The translations under genes were made by a program, and so were the position numbers. Shown in pieces: positions 26,321 through 35,663 of a stretch of 56,583 bases of DNA (positions are counted from its first letter, which is position 1; each line of letters opens with the position of its first letter). This stretch comes from a virus (taxonomy: Duplodnaviria; Caudoviricetes). Under the pieces are notes generated by a model. That model worked only from the letters and a program-made list of their open reading frames with translations, was not told the DNA's origin and did no database searches. The stretch covers positions 1 through 56,583 of IMG/VR virus record IMGVR_UViG_3300049182_000084. The stretch is one strand, 5' to 3'.

Positions 26321-27190
26321 ATGTCCGACACCATCACCCAAGCGTTCGTACAGCAGTTCGACAGCTCGCTGCGCCTGCTCTCGGCGCAGATGGACAGCCG
26401 GCTCAAGATGGCCGTGACCGACCGCGGCACGATCACCGGCGAGTCCTTCACCATCAACAACGTCGATCCGTCGGGCGATCTACCCGAGCAGACGGTTCGC
26501 CACGGCAACACCGTGTTCTCCGACATCGAGCACACCACGCGCGTGGTGACGATGAAGGACTTCTTCGACGCGCTGCCGCTGGACCGCGCCGACATCCCGA
26601 AGATGATCGTCAACCCGGTGACCGGCGGCCACTACGCGCGCACGCTCATCGGCAAGCGCAACCGCATGCTCGACAAGCGGATCTATCGCGCGGCGCGCGA
26701 CGCGCAGCTGAAGAAGGACGGCACCACCGTCGCGCTGCCCTCGACGCAGAAGATCGCGCACGGCGGCACCGGCTTCACGAAGGCGAAGATCATCCAGACC
26801 CGCAAGATCTTCCGTGCCAACGAGAAGGACCAGCACAACGGCGAAGAGCTCTACATCGCCTACACCGCCGACATGGTCGAGGACATCATGTCCGACACCA
26901 CGCTGACCAGCGCTGACTTCCTGGCGAGCAAGTTCCTGCAGGAAGGTGACGTCGTCGGCAAGTGGATGGGCTTCACCTGGATCCCGTTCGAAGGGATCGA
27001 TCCGGTGTCCTCGTCGACCTACTACACGGTCGCCTGGGCGAAGTCCGCGATCCACATCGGCGAAGGTTTCGTCGAGGGCCGCGTCGACCGCCGGCCGGAC
27101 AAGCAGAACATGTATCAGACCACGATCAACACCTCGTTCAATGCCGGCCGGCAGGACGAAAAGGGCGTGGTCGAGATCGCCTACCAGTAA
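26321..27190 (+). CDS. Major capsid protein
   Basis: MSDTITQAFVQQF...LLSAQMDSRL, TLTSADF, WMGFTWI, GRQDEKGVVEI; strong SD CAGGAG. Confidence 0.9.
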   Translation: MSDTITQAFVQQFDSSLRLLSAQMDSRLKMAVTDRGTITGESFTINNVDPSGDLPEQTVRHGNTVFSDIEHTTRVVTMKDFFDALPLDRADIPKMIVNPVTGGHYARTLIGKRNRMLDKRIYRAARDAQLKKDGTTVALPSTQKIAHGGTGFTKAKIIQTRKIFRANEKDQHNGEELYIAYTADMVEDIMSDTTLTSADFLASKFLQEGDVVGKWMGFTWIPFEGIDPVSSSTYYTVAWAKSAIHIGEGFVEGRVDRRPDKQNMYQTTINTSFNAGRQDEKGVVEIAYQ

Positions 27191-27219
27191 CCACCGGCCT
27201 GACCTGAAGGAGCCTCCTC

Positions 27220-27684
27220 ATGGCTGAACAAACCTCTCGCCAGGCCGCGCGGATCGCCGCGTCGGCCAACGGCTACAAGATGCTGGCCGCCGACGTCGGT
27301 CTGCTCCAGGCCTCGGTCATCACCGCACCGGACACGGTGACCTGGGCGCAGAACGACACCTGCGGCAACCGCCATCGCATCCCGAAGGGTGCGCGCCTGC
27401 TCGGCGCCTTCGTCAACTGCGCCGCCCTCGGCGCCGGCGTGACGATGGACGTCGGCATCCGCGCCTGGACAAGCGACGGCACGGGCGCAGCGATCGATGC
27501 CGATGGCATCGTGGCGGCGTTGGACGTGTCGTCCGCGGTCAACGCCTACGCCGGCAACGGCGACCTGGTGGACGTTGGCGACACCGTCGTGTCGGCGGAC
27601 GCGGAGCCCTACTTCACGCTGGGCGGCGCGAACCCGACCGACAACGTGGACGTCAAGGTGACGGTGCTGTACGTCACGCCGTAA
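27220..27684 (+). CDS. Capsid cement/decoration protein
   Basis: 154 aa beta-rich protein right after the capsid gene, RIPKGARLL...VTVLYV; followed by a terminator. Confidence 0.7.
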   Translation: MAEQTSRQAARIAASANGYKMLAADVGLLQASVITAPDTVTWAQNDTCGNRHRIPKGARLLGAFVNCAALGAGVTMDVGIRAWTSDGTGAAIDADGIVAALDVSSAVNAYAGNGDLVDVGDTVVSADAEPYFTLGGANPTDNVDVKVTVLYVTP

Positions 27685-27739
27685 GTGCAGTTGCCGGGCC
27701 GGGCAGGTAGCCCTCGGGTTGGAACCGGCGAAGGCAGGG

Positions 27740-27768
27740 GAGGGGGCGTAAGCCCCCTCTTTCTTTTC
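27740..27768 (+). terminator. Intrinsic terminator after the head genes
   Basis: GAGGGGGC-GTAA-GCCCCCTC-TTTCTTTTC. Confidence 0.85.
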
Positions 27769-27785
27769 TCGGATGAGGTAGGTCG

Positions 27786-28352
27786 ATGAGTTCCAGCGCG
27801 ATCAGCTTGTGCTCCAACGCTTTGCTGCAGCTCGGCGACAGCCCCATCGCGAGCTTCAGCGAGAACACCAAGCGCGCCACGCTGTGCGCCAACCTCTGGC
27901 CGCAGGTGCGCGACATGATGCTGCGCCGGCACGCGTGGCCGTGCGCTCGCAAGCGCGTGGTTCTTGCACCTGAGGCGACCGCGCCGGCATTCGACTGGGG
28001 CTTCTCGTTCCTGCTGCCAGGCGACTGGCTGCGCAGCCTGCAGTACGGCGAGCGCGGCGAGCGGCTCAACTTCGAACTGGAGGGGCGCAGGGTCCTCGCC
28101 GACACCGACACGCTGAGGCTCGTCTACGTGTGGCGCAATGAGGACCCGGCGCTTTGGGACGACGCGCTGTGTGACGCCGCCTGCCTGGAAATGACGGCTC
28201 GGCTGGCCTACCCCATCACGCAGAGCGCATCGCTCGCGCAACTCAAGCGGGCCGAAGCGGACAAGTTCCTGCGCGAGGCCAAGTCCATCGCCGGGCAGGA
28301 CAACGAGCCTGAGGACTGGGGCGACTCCCCCTTCGTCGACGTGCGGGGCTGA
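27786..28352 (+). CDS. Tail tubular protein A / adaptor
   Basis: SAISLCSNALLQLGDSPIASFSE...LRRHAWPCARKRVVL...LPGDWLR. Confidence 0.85.
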   Translation: MSSSAISLCSNALLQLGDSPIASFSENTKRATLCANLWPQVRDMMLRRHAWPCARKRVVLAPEATAPAFDWGFSFLLPGDWLRSLQYGERGERLNFELEGRRVLADTDTLRLVYVWRNEDPALWDDALCDAACLEMTARLAYPITQSASLAQLKRAEADKFLREAKSIAGQDNEPEDWGDSPFVDVRG

Positions 28353-28354
28353 GC

Positions 28355-30508
28355 GTGCGCGCGGACCTGCTCCAGACCAACTTCTCCGGCGGCGAGCTGT
28401 CTCCGCGGCTGTACGGGCGCGTCGACCTGGCGAAGTACAACGATGCGGTCAAGAGCGCTCGGGACGTGGTCCTGCTGCAGCACGGCGGCGCCCGCAGTCG
28501 GCCCGGCTGGGACTGGCTGGGCGAGGTGAAGGACAGCACCAAAGCGACCAGGCTCATCCCCTTCGTCTTCAGCCAGACCGACGCCTTCATCATCGAGGCC
28601 GGCGACGGCTACATGCGCTTCTGGAAAGATGGGGTCCTGCTGGGCGGCCCCTACGAGGTCACCACGCCGTACACGACGGCCACCATCTTCGATGTCGACT
28701 ACGCCCAGGGCGCGGACACGATGTTCCTCGCGCTGCAGAGCGTGGCGCCGCATCGGCTGCAGCGCTTCGCCGACACGCGCTGGGTGCTGGATGCGGCGCC
28801 TTTCGACCCGATGCCGTTCGACGAGATCGGCATGCGACAAGCTACCGTCGTCACGCTGGGATCAGCGGGACTGGGCGCCACGACTGCCACCGGCGCGGCC
28901 GCGGTATGGCTGGCATCTGACGTAGGGCGCGAGATCACTTACAGCGGCGGCGTCGCGACGATCACGGGGTTCACGTCCACCACAGTGGTGAATGTGAACG
29001 TGACGGTGCCCTTCGCCGGCACCACCCTGCCGGCATCGCAATGGGTGCTGCTCGGCTCGCCGCAGACCACCTGCACGCCGAGCGCGAAGGACCCGATCGG
29101 TGCGACGATCACCCTGACGCTGGCTGCCGACGGCTGGCGCAGCGCCGACGTCGGCAAGTTCGTGCAGATCAACGGCGGCCTGTGCAAGATCACCGTCTAC
29201 ACCTCGGCCCTGGTGGTCAGTGCGCGCATCGAGTCGGAACTGACAGCCACCGTCGCGGCCGAGGCTGATTCGTGGTCCCTGGAGTCATCGGTCTGGAACA
29301 CGAACGACGGCTACCCGCGCACGATGTCGCTTCACCAGCAGCGCCTCGTGGCTGCGGGCTCGCCGAAGTACCCGCAGACGATCTGGGGTAGCCGCTCGGG
29401 CCTGTATCTCGACTTCACGAAGGGCACGCTCGACGACGACAGCTACAGCTTCGAACTGGGCAGCGACGAGATCAACCCGATCCAGTTCCTGAGCTCGAAC
29501 CGGGACCTGATGGCGCTGACCTACGGCGGCGAGTGGACGCTGTCCGGCGGCATCGAGAAGCCAATCACACCGACCAACGTGCGAGCGCAGCCGCAGGCCA
29601 AGGCCGGCTCCACGGACGTTCGGCCAGAGCAGGTCGACGACGACCTCTACTACGTGCAGCGGGGTGTGTCGGCGCTGCGCACGCTCGGATACAGCGTCGA
29701 GCTCGGCGGCTACAAGAGCGAGGAGGCCGGCACGCTGTCGGAGCACCTGCCAAAGGGCGGCATCGGGGCGATCAGCTACGCGCAGAGCCCGGAGCGGGTG
29801 CTGTGGTCGCACAAGACAGACGGCTCCTACCTCGCACTCACGATCTCGCGCGAACAGACCATCCGAGCCTTTGCCTCCTGCAGCACCGACGGCGTGGTGG
29901 AGTCGATCGCCACCATCCCAGAGGGCGGCGAGGACAGGACCTATGCGGTGATCCGGCGCACCATCAATGGCACGCCCAGGCGCTACGTCGAGCGGATGAA
30001 CTGGTCGGCGTACCAGGATTGCCGGCTCACGCTGTCGCCGGGCAGCGCCACGGTGACGAACCTCAATCACCTGGCCGGCAAGACCGTGAGCGCCGTTGCC
30101 GACGGTGTTGACCTGGGCGACTTTGTCGTGAGCGCCGGTGGGGAGATCACGCTTCCGCGTGCTGCTGCCACGGTGACGGTGGGCCTGCGGTTCACCCCGA
30201 CGATCAAGCTGCTCCCGACAGAGTTCAGCACCGGCATGGGTGCGGCATCTGGCAAGCGGGTGCACAACGGCAAGACCATGGTGCTGTTCAGCGAGACCGT
30301 GGGCTGCAACGTCAACGGCCAGCCTCTGGCGTTCCGGGAGTTCGGCGAAGGCATCCTCGACCAGCCGGTGGATCCGTTCAGCGGGTGGAAGGACGTGTCC
30401 GACCTGGGATGGGACGTCGACGCTGGCGAGGTGGAGCTCACGCAGCCCCAGTCGTACCCCTGGTGCATCCTGTCTGTGGTGCGCCGCATGACTGCCAACC
30501 CAGGGTGA
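28355..30508 (+). CDS. Tail tubular protein B / nozzle
   Basis: QTNFSGGELSPRLYGRVDLAKY, GYPRTMSLHQQRL, PQTIWGSRSG. Confidence 0.88.
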   Translation: MRADLLQTNFSGGELSPRLYGRVDLAKYNDAVKSARDVVLLQHGGARSRPGWDWLGEVKDSTKATRLIPFVFSQTDAFIIEAGDGYMRFWKDGVLLGGPYEVTTPYTTATIFDVDYAQGADTMFLALQSVAPHRLQRFADTRWVLDAAPFDPMPFDEIGMRQATVVTLGSAGLGATTATGAAAVWLASDVGREITYSGGVATITGFTSTTVVNVNVTVPFAGTTLPASQWVLLGSPQTTCTPSAKDPIGATITLTLAADGWRSADVGKFVQINGGLCKITVYTSALVVSARIESELTATVAAEADSWSLESSVWNTNDGYPRTMSLHQQRLVAAGSPKYPQTIWGSRSGLYLDFTKGTLDDDSYSFELGSDEINPIQFLSSNRDLMALTYGGEWTLSGGIEKPITPTNVRAQPQAKAGSTDVRPEQVDDDLYYVQRGVSALRTLGYSVELGGYKSEEAGTLSEHLPKGGIGAISYAQSPERVLWSHKTDGSYLALTISREQTIRAFASCSTDGVVESIATIPEGGEDRTYAVIRRTINGTPRRYVERMNWSAYQDCRLTLSPGSATVTNLNHLAGKTVSAVADGVDLGDFVVSAGGEITLPRAAATVTVGLRFTPTIKLLPTEFSTGMGAASGKRVHNGKTMVLFSETVGCNVNGQPLAFREFGEGILDQPVDPFSGWKDVSDLGWDVDAGEVELTQPQSYPWCILSVVRRMTANPG

Positions 30509-30512
30509 CGCG

Positions 30513-30956
30513 ATGCTGCGCGAAGCGACCCTCGATGACCTGGACCAGCTGCTCGCGATCGGCCGGCGCATGGCCGAGGAAAGCCCGCGATTCGGCCGAC
30601 TGCAGTTCGACGCCGAGCGCCTGGCCGTGACGCTGCGCGCCGCGATCGAGTCGCCCTATGCCTTCACCTGGGTGTGCGCGCGCGGAGACCGGGTGGTCGG
30701 CTGCATGTTCGCGGTGCTGACGCCGCACTGGTTCAGCCCGGACTTGACCTCCTGCGACTTGGCGCTGTTCATGCTGCCGGAGCACCGTGGGACTCTTGCG
30801 CCGGCGCGGCTGCTCAATGCCTACGCGACCTGGGCGCGCGGCCGCGGCGCCAAGCACATCCTGTTCGGCGTGATGACGGGCGTGCATGTCGAGGAGACCG
30901 TTCGCCTGTGCGAGCGCCTGGGCTGGCGGCGCGCCGGCGTGGTGATGGAGATCTGA
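30513..30956 (+). CDS. GNAT-fold acetyltransferase-like protein in the tail module
   Basis: LREATLDDL, LFMLPEHRG, RLCERLGW. Confidence 0.8.
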   Translation: MLREATLDDLDQLLAIGRRMAEESPRFGRLQFDAERLAVTLRAAIESPYAFTWVCARGDRVVGCMFAVLTPHWFSPDLTSCDLALFMLPEHRGTLAPARLLNAYATWARGRGAKHILFGVMTGVHVEETVRLCERLGWRRAGVVMEI

Positions 30957-30960
30957 CCCC

Positions 30961-31494
30961 ATGTGCGTGAGCCTGCTCTCGATGGCGTCTATGGCTGGCA
31001 CGGCTGGCACGGCCGGCGGCGCGCTGCAACTTGGCGGCCTGCTCCAGGCCGGGTCCGGCTTGCTGAATGCGGTCGGCGACTACAGCGCCGGCAAGGCGCG
31101 CTCCAAGATGAACGAGGCCGATGCACAGGCAGAGATCGCCGCCGGCCGGGCGCGCGCCGGACGCATCCGCGATGCGGGCGAGCGTGAGCTCAGCACCGCG
31201 CGGGCCCAGGCCAGCGCCTCGGGTGTGAAGCTCACGAGCGGCTCCGTGCTCGAGGTGGAGCGCGAGATCGTGCGCAACGTGGAGCAAGACGCCGGCTCGG
31301 CCATGCTGACGGCAGAACGGCGCGCCGACGCGCTGCGCCGCTCCAGCGCGTACTACAACGAGGCTGGCCGCAACTCGGCGATGGACAGCCTGTTCGGCGC
31401 CGCGACGAAGTGGGTCAGCACACGGCGACCGGGGCAGGGTGGCGGCAGCGGTTGGGAATCCATCCTCACCGGAACCCGCGGAACGGGAGACTGA
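30961..31494 (+). CDS. Internal virion protein (gp14-like)
   Basis: MC start, Gly/Ala-rich, ARAQASASGVKLTSGS. Confidence 0.7.
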   Translation: MCVSLLSMASMAGTAGTAGGALQLGGLLQAGSGLLNAVGDYSAGKARSKMNEADAQAEIAAGRARAGRIRDAGERELSTARAQASASGVKLTSGSVLEVEREIVRNVEQDAGSAMLTAERRADALRRSSAYYNEAGRNSAMDSLFGAATKWVSTRRPGQGGGSGWESILTGTRGTGD

Positions 31495-31496
31495 AC

Positions 31497-33533
31497 GTGG
31501 GACGAATCTCAGCCGGCGAAGACTTCGGTCAGCAGGTCGCGCAGCCCCGGCGGCTGAACGAGGTTGCGACGCCACGCGCCGCGTTCGGCTCCTTCGAGTC
31601 GGTCGCTCAGTTGGGGCGCCAGATGGAGGCCGAAGGTCTTCGGCGGGAACGCGAGGAAGAGCGCGAGGCACGCATCATCCGCGAGCGCGCCGACGCCGCG
31701 GTGGCGCAGTCGAAGCTGTACGGCATGCGCGACCAGCTCGGCGACTTGGTCAACGAGATCGACCAAGGCGTCAAGACAGGGCAGATCGACAAGCGCACCG
31801 CTGCCCAGCAGTGGCAGGAGCGCTCAACGAAGCTGCTCGAGGACGGATTGCCGGACGTGCCGGAGGCCCACCGCGACATCGCGCGGATCGACCTCACCGG
31901 CCTCTCGCAGCGCCTGACCAGCAAGGTCGGCGAATCCGTGCGGGCGCGTGACCAGCACGACACGCTGGCAGGCATCAACCAGACGCTCGAGTACACGCAG
32001 CGGCTGGCCACGACCGAGCCGGCGAAGGCCCGCGCGATCATGGCCGACGCGCTCGACCAGCTGGGCCCGTTCGCTGGCCTGGCGCCGGAGCAGATCGGCA
32101 AGGCCAAGCAGAACTGGATCGAGGGCACCGCTTACACCCGCGCCTTCACGCAAGTGCAGGCCGCGCGCTCCAACAACCGGGCGCTCGCGGACGTGGAGCG
32201 CGGCATCGGCCAGGACCAGGACCTTGACCCGCAGCGGCGCGCGGCGCTTATCGCCCAGATCGACGGCTACCGCGCGAACAACGAGGCCCGCGCCATCCGC
32301 GAAGCGCAGAAGGCCGAAATCCTGGCTGCGCGCCGGGAGCGCGAGTCCACGAGCGCCTTCACCGTGCTGTCCGGCTGGGCGCTGGCCGGCAAGGCTGCCA
32401 ACCCGGATGCGAATTCGGCGCTGATCTCCAAACTGACCCCCGAGCACGCCGCGGCGTACAAGGCGATGGCCGCGGAGATTCCGGCACGCACCGCCGCCGC
32501 GATGCTGCCGCTGGATCAGCAGCAGGCGCAGCTGGACCGGCTGATGGCCATGCGCAACGCGCAGGGCACCAGCCAAGCGCTCGAGCAGGAGATCACCCGT
32601 CGCCAGCAGGTACTCAGCGAATCCCGCCGCGACTACGACAACGAGCCGCTGCGCGCGGGCGCTGAGCGCGGCGTCATCGCCGCCCTGGCCCCGCTCAAGA
32701 TGGGCAGCCTCGACGAGTTGGCTGTAGGCCTGGGCGAGCGCGTGGATCAGGCTCAGACGGTTGCCACGCGTACGGGCCGTCCGGTGTCGCCTCTGCTGGG
32801 TGAGGAAGCCGGCCGTGTCGGCGACCTGCTCAACAGCTTGCCGCCGGCGCAGCGCTCGCAGCGCATCGCGCAGCTGGCCAGCGTGCTGCCCTCCGGCATG
32901 GCACAGGCGCTGGCCAAGCAGATCGACGGCAAGGACAAAGGGCTCGCGCTGGAGATTGCCGCCGGCACCACCAAGACCAATGCCGGGCGGTTCACCTCGG
33001 AATGGATCGCCCGCGGCCGGCAGGCCATCAAGGACAAGGCGATCAAGGAGGACAGCGCAGCGCAGACTGGTCTGCGCGCCACGATCGCTGCCGAGGTGGG
33101 CGACGCGCTCACCGGCAAGGCGCGCGAGGACGTGATCGAGGCGAGCCGGCTGATGGTGCTCGGGCTGCAGGCAGCCGGGCAGAACCCGAAGGCGCGCGAC
33201 GTTGTCGGGATGGCTGTCGGCGGGGCCATCGTCGAGCACAACGGCCGGCGGATCCCGGTGCCAGCCGGGATCGCCGACGATGATGCGCTGAAGCAGCGCC
33301 TGCGCGCCATGCCTCCGGAGGCGGTGCTCGACCAGTTGCCGGACAACACGGTCTACCTGCCGGGCGGCAAGCCGATGCCGGCGCTGGACTTTATGGCCGG
33401 GCTGCCCGACGCGCCACTCGAGCCGATAGGCGAAGGCCGCTACGCCGTGCGATCGGCGGGCTCCTTGGTCATGAACGCCGAGGGGCGTCCCGTCGTGATC
33501 GAGCTTACCCGGGCTGGCGTATGGAAGTGGTGA
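31497..33533 (+). CDS. Internal virion / ejection protein
   Basis: GTG start; long helical Ala/Gln/Arg-rich protein; synteny. Confidence 0.7.
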   Translation: MGRISAGEDFGQQVAQPRRLNEVATPRAAFGSFESVAQLGRQMEAEGLRREREEEREARIIRERADAAVAQSKLYGMRDQLGDLVNEIDQGVKTGQIDKRTAAQQWQERSTKLLEDGLPDVPEAHRDIARIDLTGLSQRLTSKVGESVRARDQHDTLAGINQTLEYTQRLATTEPAKARAIMADALDQLGPFAGLAPEQIGKAKQNWIEGTAYTRAFTQVQAARSNNRALADVERGIGQDQDLDPQRRAALIAQIDGYRANNEARAIREAQKAEILAARRERESTSAFTVLSGWALAGKAANPDANSALISKLTPEHAAAYKAMAAEIPARTAAAMLPLDQQQAQLDRLMAMRNAQGTSQALEQEITRRQQVLSESRRDYDNEPLRAGAERGVIAALAPLKMGSLDELAVGLGERVDQAQTVATRTGRPVSPLLGEEAGRVGDLLNSLPPAQRSQRIAQLASVLPSGMAQALAKQIDGKDKGLALEIAAGTTKTNAGRFTSEWIARGRQAIKDKAIKEDSAAQTGLRATIAAEVGDALTGKAREDVIEASRLMVLGLQAAGQNPKARDVVGMAVGGAIVEHNGRRIPVPAGIADDDALKQRLRAMPPEAVLDQLPDNTVYLPGGKPMPALDFMAGLPDAPLEPIGEGRYAVRSAGSLVMNAEGRPVVIELTRAGVWKW

Positions 33534-33540
33534 GGCGCTG

Positions 33541-35451
33541 ATGGGAATCCTCGACGTCCACGCAGACGAGCTGCTCCAGGCCAGCCGCGCGACGCCGTTC
33601 ATCGCGCCGCCGCGGCCGACGCCCAAGTTCAGCGCCTGGGGAATCTCCACCGCAGTGCCGCGTGGAGCCGCCGCCGGGGCCGCCGAGACGACCGGTTTCT
33701 GGGCGGACATCGTCGGCGCCTTCGGACAGGTCATTGCGGCGACCGATCCACTCATCGAAGCAACCGCGCCGCGCGATGTCCGCGAGCGGCTGGCGCAGGG
33801 CCAGAAAGAGGCTGAGCAGCGCCTGCGCAACGAGGGCGTGGACTTCAGCAGCGAGGCCGGCGACCTGTTCCGAGGCGTCGGCCGCAGCTACCGGCCAGAC
33901 CCGGCGACGGCGCACGCCGCCGAGGATGTGGTCTTCGGCTTCACGCGCTTCGCCAGCAAGGCGGTCGGCTATTCGGTGGCCGGCGGGCCGGTGGTGGGGG
34001 CGGCGCTCACTGGCGCCGACGAGGCGCTCCAGACTGCCGACGACCTCCGGCTGCAGGGCGTAGACCTCGCCACCAGAACGAAGGCCGGCGCGCTGGCCGG
34101 CGTCGCAGCCGGCGCGGGCGTGGTGCTCCCTGTGGCCGGCAAGACGCTGGCGCAGACGGCGGGCCTGGTAGCCCTGGGCGGGCCGCTGTCGTTCTCCGGA
34201 CAGCAGGCGGCCACGCGCTACATCCTCGACAACGCCGGGTATGAGAAGCTCGCGAGCCAGTACGACCCTTTCGACCCAGTGGGCCTGGCGGTCTCCACCC
34301 TGGTCCCGGCCGGTTTCGGCGCATGGGGGCTGCGCGGTGCGCGCCGGCGTGCTGCAACGCAGGAGCCGATCGGCGAGACGAAACCGGGCCAGAGTGAGCC
34401 GAAACCGCCTGAGACCGCGCCGGAAGTGGCTGCACGTGAAACGATGGTGCGCGCCGAGCACGTCGACGCCGCGCGCGTTGCGCTGATCCGCGAAACGGTC
34501 GACTCGTGGAACCTTGCCCGGCCGGACGATGCGCGCGCCGCGGCTGCGCACCTCGAGGCGTTCGCACGGGCGCAAGACCAGCTCGCCGCCGGCCAGCGCG
34601 TCGCCGTCTCGGACATCGTCCCCGCCGAGCGCATCGCTGTGTCGCGCGCGTTGGACCAGATGATCACCGGCCTGCAGTCGGCGCGCGATGACTTCGTGGC
34701 CGCCGCCGCAGACCTTGCCGACCCCGGCGCAGTTCGCCTGATGCGAGAGGAACTGGCCAGCCTCGAGGGCCGCCGGCCAGATGTCTCTGACGCGGCCATT
34801 CGCGAGGCGGTCAAGCAGATCCAGGCCGCCGAGGGCGTCAGCTACAAGGCGGCGCTCTCGGAGGCGAAAAAGCAGGCCGCCGAGCAAGCCGCGGACTTCG
34901 GCGCCCGCATCTCGCGCATCGAGGACGCCATCGAGCGCAACGCGGAAGCACAGCGCGCGAGCCAGGAACTGCGGCAGCTGGACCGCCAGATCGAGGCGAT
35001 GCAGGCCGAGCGGCAGCAGATCGACGCACCGAGCGGAGCAGCGGAGACCGACATCGCACTGGCGGCGCGCCAGCTGGTCGACCAAGTCGCCGAGGGCATC
35101 GAGACCTTGACCGGCCTGCCGGCGCGCGACGTGGCGCCTGAGATCGGCCGAGCCATGGGGCTGGAGCCGGAGGTTGCGCCGGCCGCCGCGGCGCACCCCA
35201 GCCCGGCCGAGCCTGCCGCGCCGGCGGCGCGCGGCGGGCAACCGGGGCACGGCGAGGTCGCATCGCTAGATGCGCGCCTGGCCGCCGTGGAGCAGCAGTT
35301 GCCCGAGCTGCAGGTCATGGTCGACGGGATGGAGCGGCCGGTGCCGCTGCGCGAGTTCCTGGAGCGGGTGAGGGCAGAGGCGGCGGAAGAAGCCGCCGAC
35401 GCGCCGCTGTACCAGGTAGCGGCGCAATGCGCGTTGCTGAACGGGGTCTAG
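33541..35451 (+). CDS. Internal virion / ejection protein
   Basis: 636 aa, Gly/Ala hydrophobic stretches then coiled coil; synteny. Confidence 0.7.
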   Translation: MGILDVHADELLQASRATPFIAPPRPTPKFSAWGISTAVPRGAAAGAAETTGFWADIVGAFGQVIAATDPLIEATAPRDVRERLAQGQKEAEQRLRNEGVDFSSEAGDLFRGVGRSYRPDPATAHAAEDVVFGFTRFASKAVGYSVAGGPVVGAALTGADEALQTADDLRLQGVDLATRTKAGALAGVAAGAGVVLPVAGKTLAQTAGLVALGGPLSFSGQQAATRYILDNAGYEKLASQYDPFDPVGLAVSTLVPAGFGAWGLRGARRRAATQEPIGETKPGQSEPKPPETAPEVAARETMVRAEHVDAARVALIRETVDSWNLARPDDARAAAAHLEAFARAQDQLAAGQRVAVSDIVPAERIAVSRALDQMITGLQSARDDFVAAAADLADPGAVRLMREELASLEGRRPDVSDAAIREAVKQIQAAEGVSYKAALSEAKKQAAEQAADFGARISRIEDAIERNAEAQRASQELRQLDRQIEAMQAERQQIDAPSGAAETDIALAARQLVDQVAEGIETLTGLPARDVAPEIGRAMGLEPEVAPAAAAHPSPAEPAAPAARGGQPGHGEVASLDARLAAVEQQLPELQVMVDGMERPVPLREFLERVRAEAAEEAADAPLYQVAAQCALLNGV

Positions 35452-35663
35452 CCGATGCGCTCGACGACGTGCGCCACCAGCGCCAGGCCGCTGACCAGCA
35501 CGAAGGCGGCGACCATGTACTTCCACCACGACCACCACGCGCGCAGCGAGTTGCGCACGTGTCCGGTCGCCCCGAGCAGGAACAGTGGCAGGACGAGTGA
35601 GATCAGTGCGATGGCGCCGATCGTCTTCAGGAGGGTGAGCAGGTGAATCCCCGTTGCATCCAG
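35448..35663 (-). CDS. Small antisense 2-TM membrane protein (start codon unclear)
   Basis: LLKTIGAIALISLVLPLFLLGATGHVRNSLRAWWSWWKYMVAAFVLVSGLALVAHVVERIG fills the gap between virion genes; no in-frame ATG/GTG just before the first TM, so the start given (CTG) is a guess. Confidence 0.5.
   Translation of the reverse strand: MDATGIHLLTLLKTIGAIALISLVLPLFLLGATGHVRNSLRAWWSWWKYMVAAFVLVSGLALVAHVVERIG

Noticed and set aside
31824-35250. Long minus-strand ORFs (668 aa and 581 aa) and similar shadows such as 5593-7128, 12246-14204 and 50583-52172
   Set aside because: Antisense shadows of well-supported genes in GC-rich DNA, without motifs or coupled ends.
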